The notes beneath the pieces were generated by a model that worked only from the letters and a program-made list of their open reading frames with translations, ran no database searches and had not been told where the DNA came from. Both the position numbers and the translations under genes were made by a program. Of a stretch of 64,000 nucleotides of DNA, positions 53,367-64,000 are shown in pieces. Each line of letters begins with the position of its first letter. Positions within the stretch are counted from its first letter, which is position 1. The stretch is from the human T2T-CHM13v2.0 reference genome, Homo sapiens. Location of the stretch: assembly GCF_009914755.1 (NCBI RefSeq), contig NC_060925.1. One strand, 5' to 3'.

Positions 53367-56300
53367 TGAAAGAAACATACAAACTGTTGAAAATTTTGAA
53401 AATTTAAATAAATCACTTGTTTCACATGTACTGTTGGTCAAAATAAAAAATATTTTAAAGTACTTTATATCAACTGTGTTATTCTCACTTTCAGTGAATA
53501 TGAAAACATATTTAAATGTATATGTGTGTATTAATATGTATATGTGTGAATATGTATTTATAATTGATAGAATGGTTCAGTAAGGCAATTTTGGCCAATT
53601 ATAAATAAAACATCCTAGTCTTTAATAAAATATCTTAGTCAACACAACTTACATACAAAATAATCATTTACAAAGGTATAACTTCTGTTTGTGTTATAAA
53701 TAATCTGCAATTCTATCTCATCTGAAAGAGGAAAAATGACACTGTGAAACACAGAGAGAAAATGTTTATAATATTATTTGTATAAATCAAATGGCATTTT
53801 ATTTTAAATTCATAAAGAATAAAAATTAGAATATTAGAAAAATATAAAACACAATAGAGCTGAATTCACAGCTGCTTATTTATGTATAAAGTTAGAATGA
53901 CTTAGATGAATTTAGATACTATAAACATATTATTTCTAAATGACTAATTTTTAAAGTATAAACATCAAAGGATCCACGTAACTTCCAGAATCCACCTAAG
54001 GGCATATATTAAAGAGATGTGAATATGGAATTGCTGTTTATTAAGTGTTAAATGGTGTATTTCCTTTCTCCTTAAGTGTATAAGCAATGGGACAGATCAA
54101 GTTTGCTAAAAGGCTTACTGAATTATCTCTCTGTGTGTTGTGACTCAGAAGAATCCAGAGTGGTGGAAGTCCATACAACAGTACTATAGAGGAGAGGCAG
54201 GAAGGGTGAGATGAAGGCAAACTCATTCCTCTGCATACCCTCTGGGATTTTATATTTCATGCCCACATGAAATAGAAAAGTCATATACATCCGAACAGTT
54301 GTTTGGTTTGCTTTTCATAATACCAGAGAAATGGCAATAGTATGAATGCTTTTTAATGTTTTAAACAGCTAAAGGACTTGTCAAATTACCTAGTTGTTTT
54401 TGTTGATTTGCAGACATACTTTGCATGTACTAAGCATAGGCATTAGCCTAGTTTTCACCCCATAATGCTGACATATTCCACTTAACGCCCTTTGTTGATG
54501 CTAACCAGTAAGCATTCCATTCTATGGAGAGTGCCCTCAGATAATAAGTTTAATTTTATGTAGCATATTACTTTAAAATCATTTGGCATCTTTTGAACAT
54601 TCAAATTGTATGTATAGGAGAGTAAATCAACAAAATATCATGTTCAAGATATAGATAAGTAGCCCCAGGTTTAGTTTTTTAAGCTGTTTATTTTGTTCCA
54701 TTGGGTTCTAAACCAACCTACAGGAGGAGGAAAGATACTAATTTTTAGTTGAGAGTAGCCCATCATTAAAAGTGGAGAGCAAGGGAAAATAATGATTGTA
54801 TCTTGATCTCTAACTTCCCATCTCTCTGGGATGCATTTAGAAAATCCTCCTAGGGAGAAGCTCCATATGCCTTGATGATACACTATAAAATATTGCCAGG
54901 CATGAATCTACAATATTCTTTCTGTATTATTAAAGAACACTTTATTCTCTCTATAAAAATACATCTTAGCATAAATTCTGTTTAGATCTCTGAAATTTCA
55001 TCATTGTTTGAACTGAATTCAAGAAAAATTTTAATTGAGTGTTACTAAGGGGATTTTTATAACCTAAATTGGTGTTACAGAAACTTCTTGAGCAAGGAAC
55101 GTGAAGTTAATTGAATTTTTATATAGTGCTCATATATTAACTGCATCCACACTCTCCAGTATTTCAACCAAGAATTTTAATTGGTACCTGATAACCTTTT
55201 GCAATGACTTGTTATTGCAAACTTATTTCAAATAACTTTAAAAAAATCTGTTAAATCTATTTTAATCCAGTGTTTTTAGACACTTTAATTCTGCTCCAGG
55301 AAGTCCTTTTCTATTTTATTTCTATAAACTTCACTTTTGCATTCTGCAGGCAGCAGCCCATAAACAACAGACTTAAACCTCTTTTCATTCACTTTTCTCT
55401 TATTGTTTTCTATTTCTGTAGCCAATTTTGCCTATCCCCTGCTTTTCCATAAACTTATTCCTCCTGTACTTTGGAACTTGAAGGATTAACTCTCTCCGCC
55501 TGCAGGAAAGGAGCAGCTGCTTGGAGCACATGCAAAGGGGGCCTCCCTGGCAGGTGGAGGAGAAAACCACCAACGTTCTGGAAGGCAAATTTCTCTGAGT
55601 GGAAAAAGTGCTGGCATGTTTTACTCCTCAGAGATATACATTCTCAAAAATAGAGACAGCCAGCGAAAGGGTGCAAACTGTGACACTGAATAACATGACC
55701 TAAATGTATTGGTTTAGTTTTGTCCACAGTGGGAATGTGATAATGATCTTTCTGACCTGTTGTCTAACTAGAGGCACTTACCTTCTCACATAAGCTCTGG
55801 GTATGCCAAAGAAAAATGTTTCCTGGCCCATTTTGATGAGGAAAATAGAGAAGGAAAGGTCTAAACAAGTGGTCACAATATCAAATATCTTTAGGAGCAA
55901 GGGATATAAGTGTAAATTTGACTGAAAGTAAGATAAGGGAAAGAAGTGAGACTCATAGAAATCACCGACTGCAAGCCCTGTGTGTTGTTATTACATTTAA
56001 AAGAGCATATCATGATCAAGTGAAAGTAAACATGCCTGTGAATAAGTGAGTCCATTGCAGTTTCGGATCTAGAGTTTCTGGAGAAGTACATGCTAAGGAT
56101 AATACCTGGGAGGAGGAGGAAAACACTATAAACAGGTACTACAAGGGAGAATGGGAAGCATCAATGTTTTCCTTAAGGCAACATCGGAGAAAAACCCTAT
56201 GTATTTGTATTTGCCTTATGGAATTAAAGTTGCTTATCGCCACATAAAGGGGAGAAGCATTCACATCAAATATGTTGCCAGTTACTTTCTTGGTTTTGAG

Positions 56301-56623
56301 ATCGAGTTGGCCTATATATTTATCCAAAACTAATAAATGCTAGCTCTTCCTTCTTTGCTTTAAGCCCAAACCAATACAATTTAACACTTTAGCATCAGAC
56401 TTTGTTTCTGCACCAACTTATAGCAACAAAGATATTCTTACCCTGAATTGAGTATAACATAATTAATTTGACCTGAGCGTAGTGCAATGAATCTTAAAAG
56501 CAAAATCCGTGGGGCTTCCTGTGAAGTAACTACCATCAAGATCTCCTAAACATAACTTCTAGATTTCTCAAATACAGAAAGAAAAAAGTACAGGTTTTCT
56601 TTGTTAATGAAGCTAATTGTAGA

Positions 56624-56842
56624 AATATATATGCTATATATATAACATATATAACACATATAATATGTATGCTATATATGCTATATATAGCATATATAAC
56701 ACATATAATATATATGCTATATAGCATATATAACACATATAATATATAACATATATAATATATATAACACATATATAGCACATATAACATATATGTGCTA
56801 TATATGTGTTATATATGTTATATATATGCTCTATATATGTTA
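56624..56842. repeat. AT-rich low-complexity minisatellite with an internal inverted repeat
   Basis: tatataacacatata and tatatgctatata units; orientation flips near 56788. Confidence 0.9.
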
Positions 56843-57027
56843 ACAATTACTGATTGAAAATAAAGTTTTCTAGAGTTAGCAACTAAAACATACATTACAT
56901 TTAGATGCAATGATCAATATTTGCCACTGAATATCCAGTAAATGCTCATATTATACAATGTACTCATTTTGGTCATATTACTACTCTGTATGCTATTATA
57001 CAAAACTTTTTCTCATATATTTTATAG

Positions 57028-57194
57028 CTGGTCTAGATGCTTTTCGAATATTTCTAAAATCAGAGTTTAGTGAAGAAAATGTTGAGTTCTGGCTTGCCTG
57101 TGAAGACTTTAAGAAAACGAAAAATGCAGACAAAATTGCTTCCAAAGCCAAGATGATTTATTCTGAATTCATTGAAGCTGATGCACCTAAAGAG
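57028..57194 (+). CDS. RGS21: RGS21 exon 4, RGS-domain core ([30 protein letters not shown]...EADAPKE)
   Basis: The [21 protein letters not shown] R4-RGS signature; ttttatag| acceptor and GAG|gtgagt donor; 167 nt. The three coding parts total 11+77+167 = 255 nt, or 85 codons. Confidence 0.97.
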
Positions 57195-59114
57195 GTGAGT
57201 GAACTACTTCAGAACAGTGAAGAGTCATCCTGTAGCAGATCTGCTCCCAATTAGAAGACCTTAAATCCATCTAAAAGATAATCAAATTCTCAGTATGTGT
57301 TTAAATAGAAAATGTCAGTAGATTCCAAGAGAAATTCCTTAAGATGACTCTCTTTTTTTTCATTGATTCAGTAAGTATTTTTCAACACTTATTATGGGCT
57401 AGGTATGACTAATATTTCTGTCTCTTTGCAACAATACTCAGGCCCTTGAAAAATAACGTCTAATATCTCAAACAGTGCTAAAATCAACCCAATATAAATC
57501 CTACTTCAAAATGCTGTTGAATTTCCAGTGTAGTTTCTTGTTTTTATTTTGCTAAACTAGGAATTAGACAAAGTCAATATGGATAGCATTCTTGAATATT
57601 TAAAAACAAAGTAATGTGTGGGGATTAATTTAAACAAATTAATATGTTGCTTGCCTTTATTTCTTTGATGGTAAAATTGAGCCAAAGATGTGGGGCTCTG
57701 TATCAAGTGATCAGGACTCACCTGTGCTGCTTAAAGATCAGGAAACTAGAAAGAGCCTTGGGGAGAAACCTGCAATGACTCTGTTAATAGCGCTCCAAAC
57801 GTGTTTTATATGTGGAATATCTCATTTGTAGTTGATTTAATTTCCAGAGCCAAAACCATAATCATCTTCAAATCATTTTAAAATTTTAACTGTAAAGTTT
57901 AAGCAATTTACATTTGTAAACTGCTTTGGATTTCTTGCTGAATATATTACATAAACAAAGAGCGTTAATGTATAAGTAACCTACAAACAGGAAGCTCCAT
58001 TAAACTACTAGTACCAAACCAACTACTATTACCAATCATCTTTCATACAGAGGTGAAATGCTGACATCTTTATAAGTGACAGTTACTATGTATTCTGATC
58101 CAAAACGAGGATTCATGGTATGAGAGGATGGTTGTACTTATAGGAAAAAAAGATAGACTAGATGAAATGCAAACACTTTCAGAAAATATGAGACATAAAG
58201 TTAGTTACCATATTACTAATAGTTCAAGTTTTAGATAGACATTAATTACTGCAGCATATATTAGTCTAGTATAGCATTAATAGTCACGTGAACCACTGAA
58301 GCATGGCCTGGAATTCATGGGGATGGAAAAAGCACTTTAACTCCTGTAGAGCTATTTCAACATTTATTTCCAAGTCATCATCTAAGAATCAATAAATAAT
58401 TCTGGAAAATTGAAAATGTCGCATGTAAGATTTGTAAGGTTGATTGATGTGTCATTTTGCTTTGAAATTAACCCTAAAGATATCCTACTTAATGTTATAT
58501 TGGTCTGAAAGTCATATTTTTTCCTCCTTTATGAATTCATCTAATTAATAGTAGTTGCTTTAGGATAATATTTTGAAACATTGTGTGTGAAAAATCTTCT
58601 AACACAAAATGTCATCTTTTAATTATAGCTGAATTTAAGGTTATAATACATAATAAACCATCAATTTTGATAAAATAGTTTTATTTATTTTCCTAACCTT
58701 TTCTTCCAAAGTTAATTTATACTGTAATAATTTAACTAAATAGTGTAGCTATTATTTTGGGATATAAAACTTCACAGCTTTTTATAGATTGTACATCTAA
58801 TTAATTTTGATAAAACAAAATATAATTAAATTGATGGCTGCTTTCCAAGTAATAAATTATAGTCTTTCCTTGAAGTGTCTCTAAAAATGCTATTAGATAT
58901 TACCAAATTAACTGAAAATACGCAAGTATAAATATGTATACCCCATGTTTATATATACATATATATATGAAATACTTATTCTGTTTCCTATCATTTTCTA
59001 TTAGTTGTTTCCTATTCAAATTACTAAAGGAAGTTTGCTTGTTATATATTACACCGATTGCAATCTTCAAGGTATTTCTCTATAGTTCATCAGTTATGTG
59101 TTATAGTTATACTA

Positions 59115-59645
59115 TTAGTATGTTTATTCATTAAACTGATTTTTTGAGTATCTGTTCCCACAGTGAAATTACCGAGTGAAAGAAGAGACTGACACATAAT
59201 AAAACTAGTCAAATACACAATAGGTGATATAATAATAAAGCTTCATTTAAAGTTCATTATTAGCACGGTAGGAAAGAGTGATTTAATCTACCTGGAGAGT
59301 TAAAGTTAGATTTGCGGTGTGGTTCACACATGAAAAATGAGTCATATTTTATGAAAAGAATGAATGAAGAAACACTATTCCAGCACTGAGAGCACCATTG
59401 TATAAAGCTCCCTAGCATTTTCCAGAAATTGCAGGCATATTGATATTGCTAATGTGAGTAGAGGACTTGGGGATGAGGTTGGATAGGTAGGCAGCAGTGG
59501 AGATAAAGAAATGATGGAATGTATTCTAGATATACTCAGTAGGCAGACTTGACAAGACTCGGTGACATATTTGAGATGGTTGGAAAATATGATTTGCACA
59601 AGTAGAAAATTAAATCAAGAATGAGATTTATATGAGGATATTCTC
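59115..59645 (-). mobile_element. L2 fragment
   Basis: tttattcatt...ttgagtatct...tattccagcactgagagcacc...gacttgacaagactcggtgac. Confidence 0.5.
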
Positions 59646-60064
59646 AGTTTTTCTATATTCTATATTACTCTGTAGTTATATAACAGACTCTTATAAAGAA
59701 TCTAAATTATAACCAGTTTCCTTGGTAAAATAAAGAACAACAAGGTCATATTACTCATATGCCTATTATATCCCATTTACTTTCTTTTCAAAGTTTTATA
59801 TCTTTATTTCACCTATTTCATTGCTAACATGGCTTAATAATTATTTACTGATGCAATTGGACAATTTACAATTAAACTATATGAAACTTACTAAATTATC
59901 CCTGACTATAAATTGACATTACTAATGGGTATCAGTTTCCTACTCTAATAGGAAAGACTATATATTGAACTTTCAGGTCTCTATGAGAGATGATAATTTC
60001 AGCTGGATTTTATGTCCTCTCCTTTAAAGTGTTACATTCTCTCTGGTTCCCAAATTAACAGGGT

Positions 60065-60300
60065 GTTAGTATGATGTAGCAGAAAAACTAAAGTTTGGAG
60101 CTATCTAGACCTGGGTTCAAATCCTGATCCCTCACTTGTGTAATTCTGTCATAAGCTATTTATCTCTCTGCCTCAGTTTCCTCATCTGAAAAAGTATAAT
60201 GATACATTTACATAGGAAAAACGAGAATGATACATGAGATAGTGTGTCTAGGGTTTACATCATGCAGAACGGTTTTTAAGGAATGGTAATTCCTTTCTTT
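60065..60300 (+). mobile_element. MIR
   Basis: agacctgggttcaaatcctg...ctctctgcctcagtttcctcatctgaaaaa. Confidence 0.8.
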
Positions 60301-61889
60301 CTTTAAACAAGTCACGATAAGTGCTATTGAAACTAACTATTGAAACAACCCTTAGCTTATTTCTAAGAACATATGTAGATAAGCAATGTTAAGACTTGAG
60401 AGAAGTGGAAACGTGAACACTTATTATAAAAATGGGTTTGCAAATTGCCAGGTCCAAATAAAAACAGTTGCTCATTGAGTAAATTTTACCTAGATGGCTT
60501 CAGGAGAAAATATAGCAGAAAAAAAAAATCATGACCCAAGTATTTTGACTAAGTGACTTGAAAATAAGAAAATTATTAGAGAAATAGATATTTTTAAAGT
60601 ATCTCTACTTTGTACATACTAATAATGTGGGAGTGGCAAACAAAAAAATTCTTAAACTTGTACTTATTTTTGCTTCAGCTTGGATTGCTAATTTCAGATT
60701 ATTGAATTTTCAAGAAAATATTACTTAACTTTGAGAAAATAATATTTGAAAAATAATAATATTTTCATATTCAGCTAAGAAATTAACATATTTAAAATAT
60801 ATATTATATTTATGTCATCATTCCTCTATATTGAAAAGAAAGTCATAGAGGATGAAAATATGTCATTAAAGAGAAATTTTTAATGTTGATTGTCATTCTA
60901 TGAAATTAGAATTATAGTATCAAATCATATCATGGTGTAACATTTAAAAATTATATAAATTCAATTTCACACTGTCAACAATCCAGGAAAAAACACATTG
61001 GTAGTTTTTTAAGTCAAAAAACAGCAGAAAATGTTTAATTCTTAAATGTATCTACCAAATGTGAGGACACTGTATCTCATAAAACAAAGAAGAAATTATA
61101 GTCATAAACGAGAGTACATCTTCACGGGTCCGTGCAGGACATTTTTTAATATTTGTGTTTGGCTTCTTACTTTTATTTGTGATTCAGCACAATGTTGCTT
61201 ATTGAGTCACATTATCTTTCACATCAATAAATGTTTTTTATTCTGTGCCTAGTCACATCCTTGTAAGATAAAATCCCTCCATGGAAGAGCAGCTCAGTTT
61301 AGGCAGGAAAACAGATAATAAACACGTAAGTATAACACAATGTGTTGCTGTGTTAGGCAGCTCTCCATAACGAAATGTAAGAAAATAAATAGAAACTTTA
61401 GTTTGACTCTAAAGAACTTTTCAATACAGTTGGGTTAAAAAATAAAGTGTATAGAACTAGAGAAAATGGCAAAGCAACAAATGATTAAGTGCAAAACAAA
61501 GATGAAATTATTTTTATGCTACCTGGAAGGATATGATGATTAAATACCAGTAAGACAGCAGCATATTGAGATAAGACCTTCATTATAAATAAGGATAGTT
61601 TTAAACTGAGTCTTGGGGGAAGAAACAGATATATGAGTTGTTGACAGAGAAAAGCCCATGAAAATAGGCATCTAGAAGCATTTTATCCTATTACTGTGAT
61701 GCCAATTTGTAATCTGCATTTTATATTCGTATTTTTTCTTTGCATTTTTAAATACCACTTCCTCTATATGTTGATGTTATTTTGAGTAGCTTATTTCTGC
61801 CCTACTAGTGACTGTTAGCCAACAGTGCTCCCCCAACTACAGAATCATCTCTGGATACAATGTGCTTGCTTATTTGTTAATTTTCTAGG

Positions 61890-62310
61890 TTTTTGTTCAT
61901 TAATCAATACTTGAATACTTACTATCTGCTAAGCATTATGCTGGTGCAACTAAGAAAAAGACAGTCATGGTCCCTGAGTAGATCCTTCCCCATACTCTGG
62001 TAGAAAGACACCAGATAAAAAATAATAATTATAATAAACTTCCATGAGTGTCCTAACAAGGAAATATAAGGTGAGATGGTAGTTTGCAACAGGAAAATCC
62101 AAGTCTAGAGGATCAGGGAATGTATTTCGAAGAAGTAACTGGTAAGCTTTGACCAGAAATTTGACTATAGAGGGAAACAAGACAAGATGGGAAGAGAGAA
62201 GGATAGGAGAGGAAGAGGAAGAAGAGCCAAGCAAAGGACTAGCCAGTGCCTAGAAGACTGGTCCAGCAGTGAAAGAAGCCTAGTATTGTGTGTGTTCAAG
62301 TATAAATTGA
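61890..62310 (-). mobile_element. L2 fragment
   Basis: ttcattaatcaatacttgaatacttactatctgctaagcattatgct...agacagtcatggtccctg...atcagggaa. Confidence 0.6.
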
Positions 62311-62449
62311 GGTTAACTGCACCTTCTGGATCCCAATGATTTCCACATTTTTATTCATTCCTTCTTAAAGAGCTCTCCTTCAAAAGAAGAAAGGGAGACA
62401 CAGAAAGAGGGAGGGAGAGAGAAAGAGAAAAGGAGAGCTAAAGAAACTA

Positions 62450-62660
62450 TAATATCTGTACAGAGATTTTACATGGATTATCTCATTTGGTCATCACGTT
62501 CACTCTCTTAGGGAAGTATTACATTCATTCACATTTTAAGGTGAAAAACTGAGGCTTAGAGATAAAATGATGAGCCCTGCAGTCATTAAGATCCATGGAG
62601 AGGGAGGTCTTCAGCCCATACTTTTAAGCTTCAAATTTCTTCCCCTAGATCTACCACTAA
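62450..62660 (-). mobile_element. MIR
   Basis: ttttacatggattatctcattt...cattttaaggtgaaaaactgaggcttagaga. Confidence 0.7.
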
Positions 62661-64000
62661 TTTGAAGTGTTTATGACATAGCCTGGGATACTTGATGTTT
62701 ATGATAAAAGCAGAAGCATAAAATTATCTAGTCACATACAATATATCTTCCTATCAACAGTTTTATTTCTCTTCTCATATTCTCTCTAATTTGTGTAACT
62801 TCTTAGACTATGAAGCCTAGATTCAAATATGACATTAGAAGGAAAAAAGTGTCAGAAGTATTTCTTCTAATAATCTGCAGAATCATTCTGTGCTTCAAAA
62901 AATAATTTCTGCATTTCAACTCAAAAACAAAAGGCTCAGGTGTTCTTTACACTTCTGTGTCTCTGTGCCACTTAAAATGATCTTAGTTTAGCATGTTGGG
63001 ATTGGTGATGGAAACAGGTCAATCTGATTCCATTTCGGCTGCTCCAGTGTAGCTGTAGCTTTTGTATATCTATTTTTAGCCATCCGTACACGTTATGATT
63101 TCATATGTGTCATCTCCTTTATCACCACAGAAATCGGAGAAGCATCTGGTTTCTATTCAGTTCTATCTTTGCTTTGACTACTTGTCTAATTAATCAGGAT
63201 GGTTTTGAATTATATTTCTCTCATTTCTCTTTCCCAATTTAAGGTGTTAATCTTACCTCCCACCTTGTATTTCTGCCTCCAAAGCCAATGACAACAAAAG
63301 GATACAGTCTTATGCAGGGATGAATTCCTTCTAGATGTTACAAACTTTGTTGTATTCAACTTTAATAGCCACCTTTGAGAATATATTTTAGGATATTCAT
63401 TTGCTTTTAATGATGCCAAAATGAAGTAATACTTGAGGTGTTAGTGGTGATTAAAAGAATTAGGTAACCAAAAATATGATTATAGATGGCCTTAATTTGA
63501 ATAGTAATTTTTAAGCTCAGCTGTGAATGAGGTCTAAGATGCTGCCGGCTCCATTTTTGTAAGGCGTTTTACTTATGCATGCACACACCCTTTGCATAAT
63601 GACAGTCTCCTGCTACACTATACATTCTAAATGAGGAAAGGCTATCTAATTTGAATGTGAGAGCACAGTTGAAAACTTTTCATTCAAATTATGTAAAAAT
63701 ACATAAAGCACAGATTACGGTCACAAGAGAGCCAACAGGTACACTTTAAAATGTATTCTTTCTGCTAAAGTAATTTATTGAAAGCCAAAAGAATTTAAGA
63801 CTGCTGGTGTAGAGAAAATAAATTTGGTTTGCATCGCTTTCAGTTAACAAAAATCACATGCATATTAAAATATCCTGGGTCTTCATAATAAAATTGTTTT
63901 ACACAACTACCTGAAACATCATTCATAAAGCAGTCATTTTAATGCAATGGATTGTTGTCAATGTCAGTTGTGTCAAGACCTTTTCAAAACTGACAGGATT

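Noticed and set aside
56536-56846. Tyr/Ile-rich ORFs
   Set aside because: Artefacts of the AT-rich minisatellite.
56958-57254. 98-aa ORF as a stand-alone RGS gene
   Set aside because: RGS similarity is confined to 57028-57194 between canonical splice sites; the flanks are intron read-through.
57195-64000. Search for the last RGS21 exon (INID... helices 6-9)
   Set aside because: I saw no matching coding sequence; the exon is inferred to lie downstream of the window.

Overview
AT-rich, CpG-poor primate (human-like) genomic DNA, not microbial. It holds the upstream region and the first four exons of RGS21, an R4-family regulator of G-protein signalling expressed in taste and chemosensory cells, on the + strand. 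Exon 1 is non-coding (~21986-22099). Exon 2 (47978-48048) carries the ATG at 48038. Exon 3 is 52314-52390 and exon 4 is 57028-57194. Spliced, they give the first 85 aa ([85 protein letters not shown]); the last exon lies beyond the window. The rest is intergenic or intronic DNA with Alu, L1, L2, MIR, MER11, THE1, MLT1, Tigger and hAT relics, microsatellites and two truncated snRNA retro-fragments (U2, U1). Nearly all ORFs in the supplied track are spurious. I found no convincing new multi-gene system. The best leads are an in-frame alternative 3' splice site that would remove the N-terminal Cys-Cys motif, a possible out-of-frame vestige of the R4 amphipathic helix in the 5'UTR, an unexplained CpG-rich 125-bp insert, candidate POU/ETS regulatory clusters, two near-perfect palindromes and a four-level nested transposon stack. 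Repeat subfamilies and boundaries were called by eye from remembered consensus sequences and are approximate.
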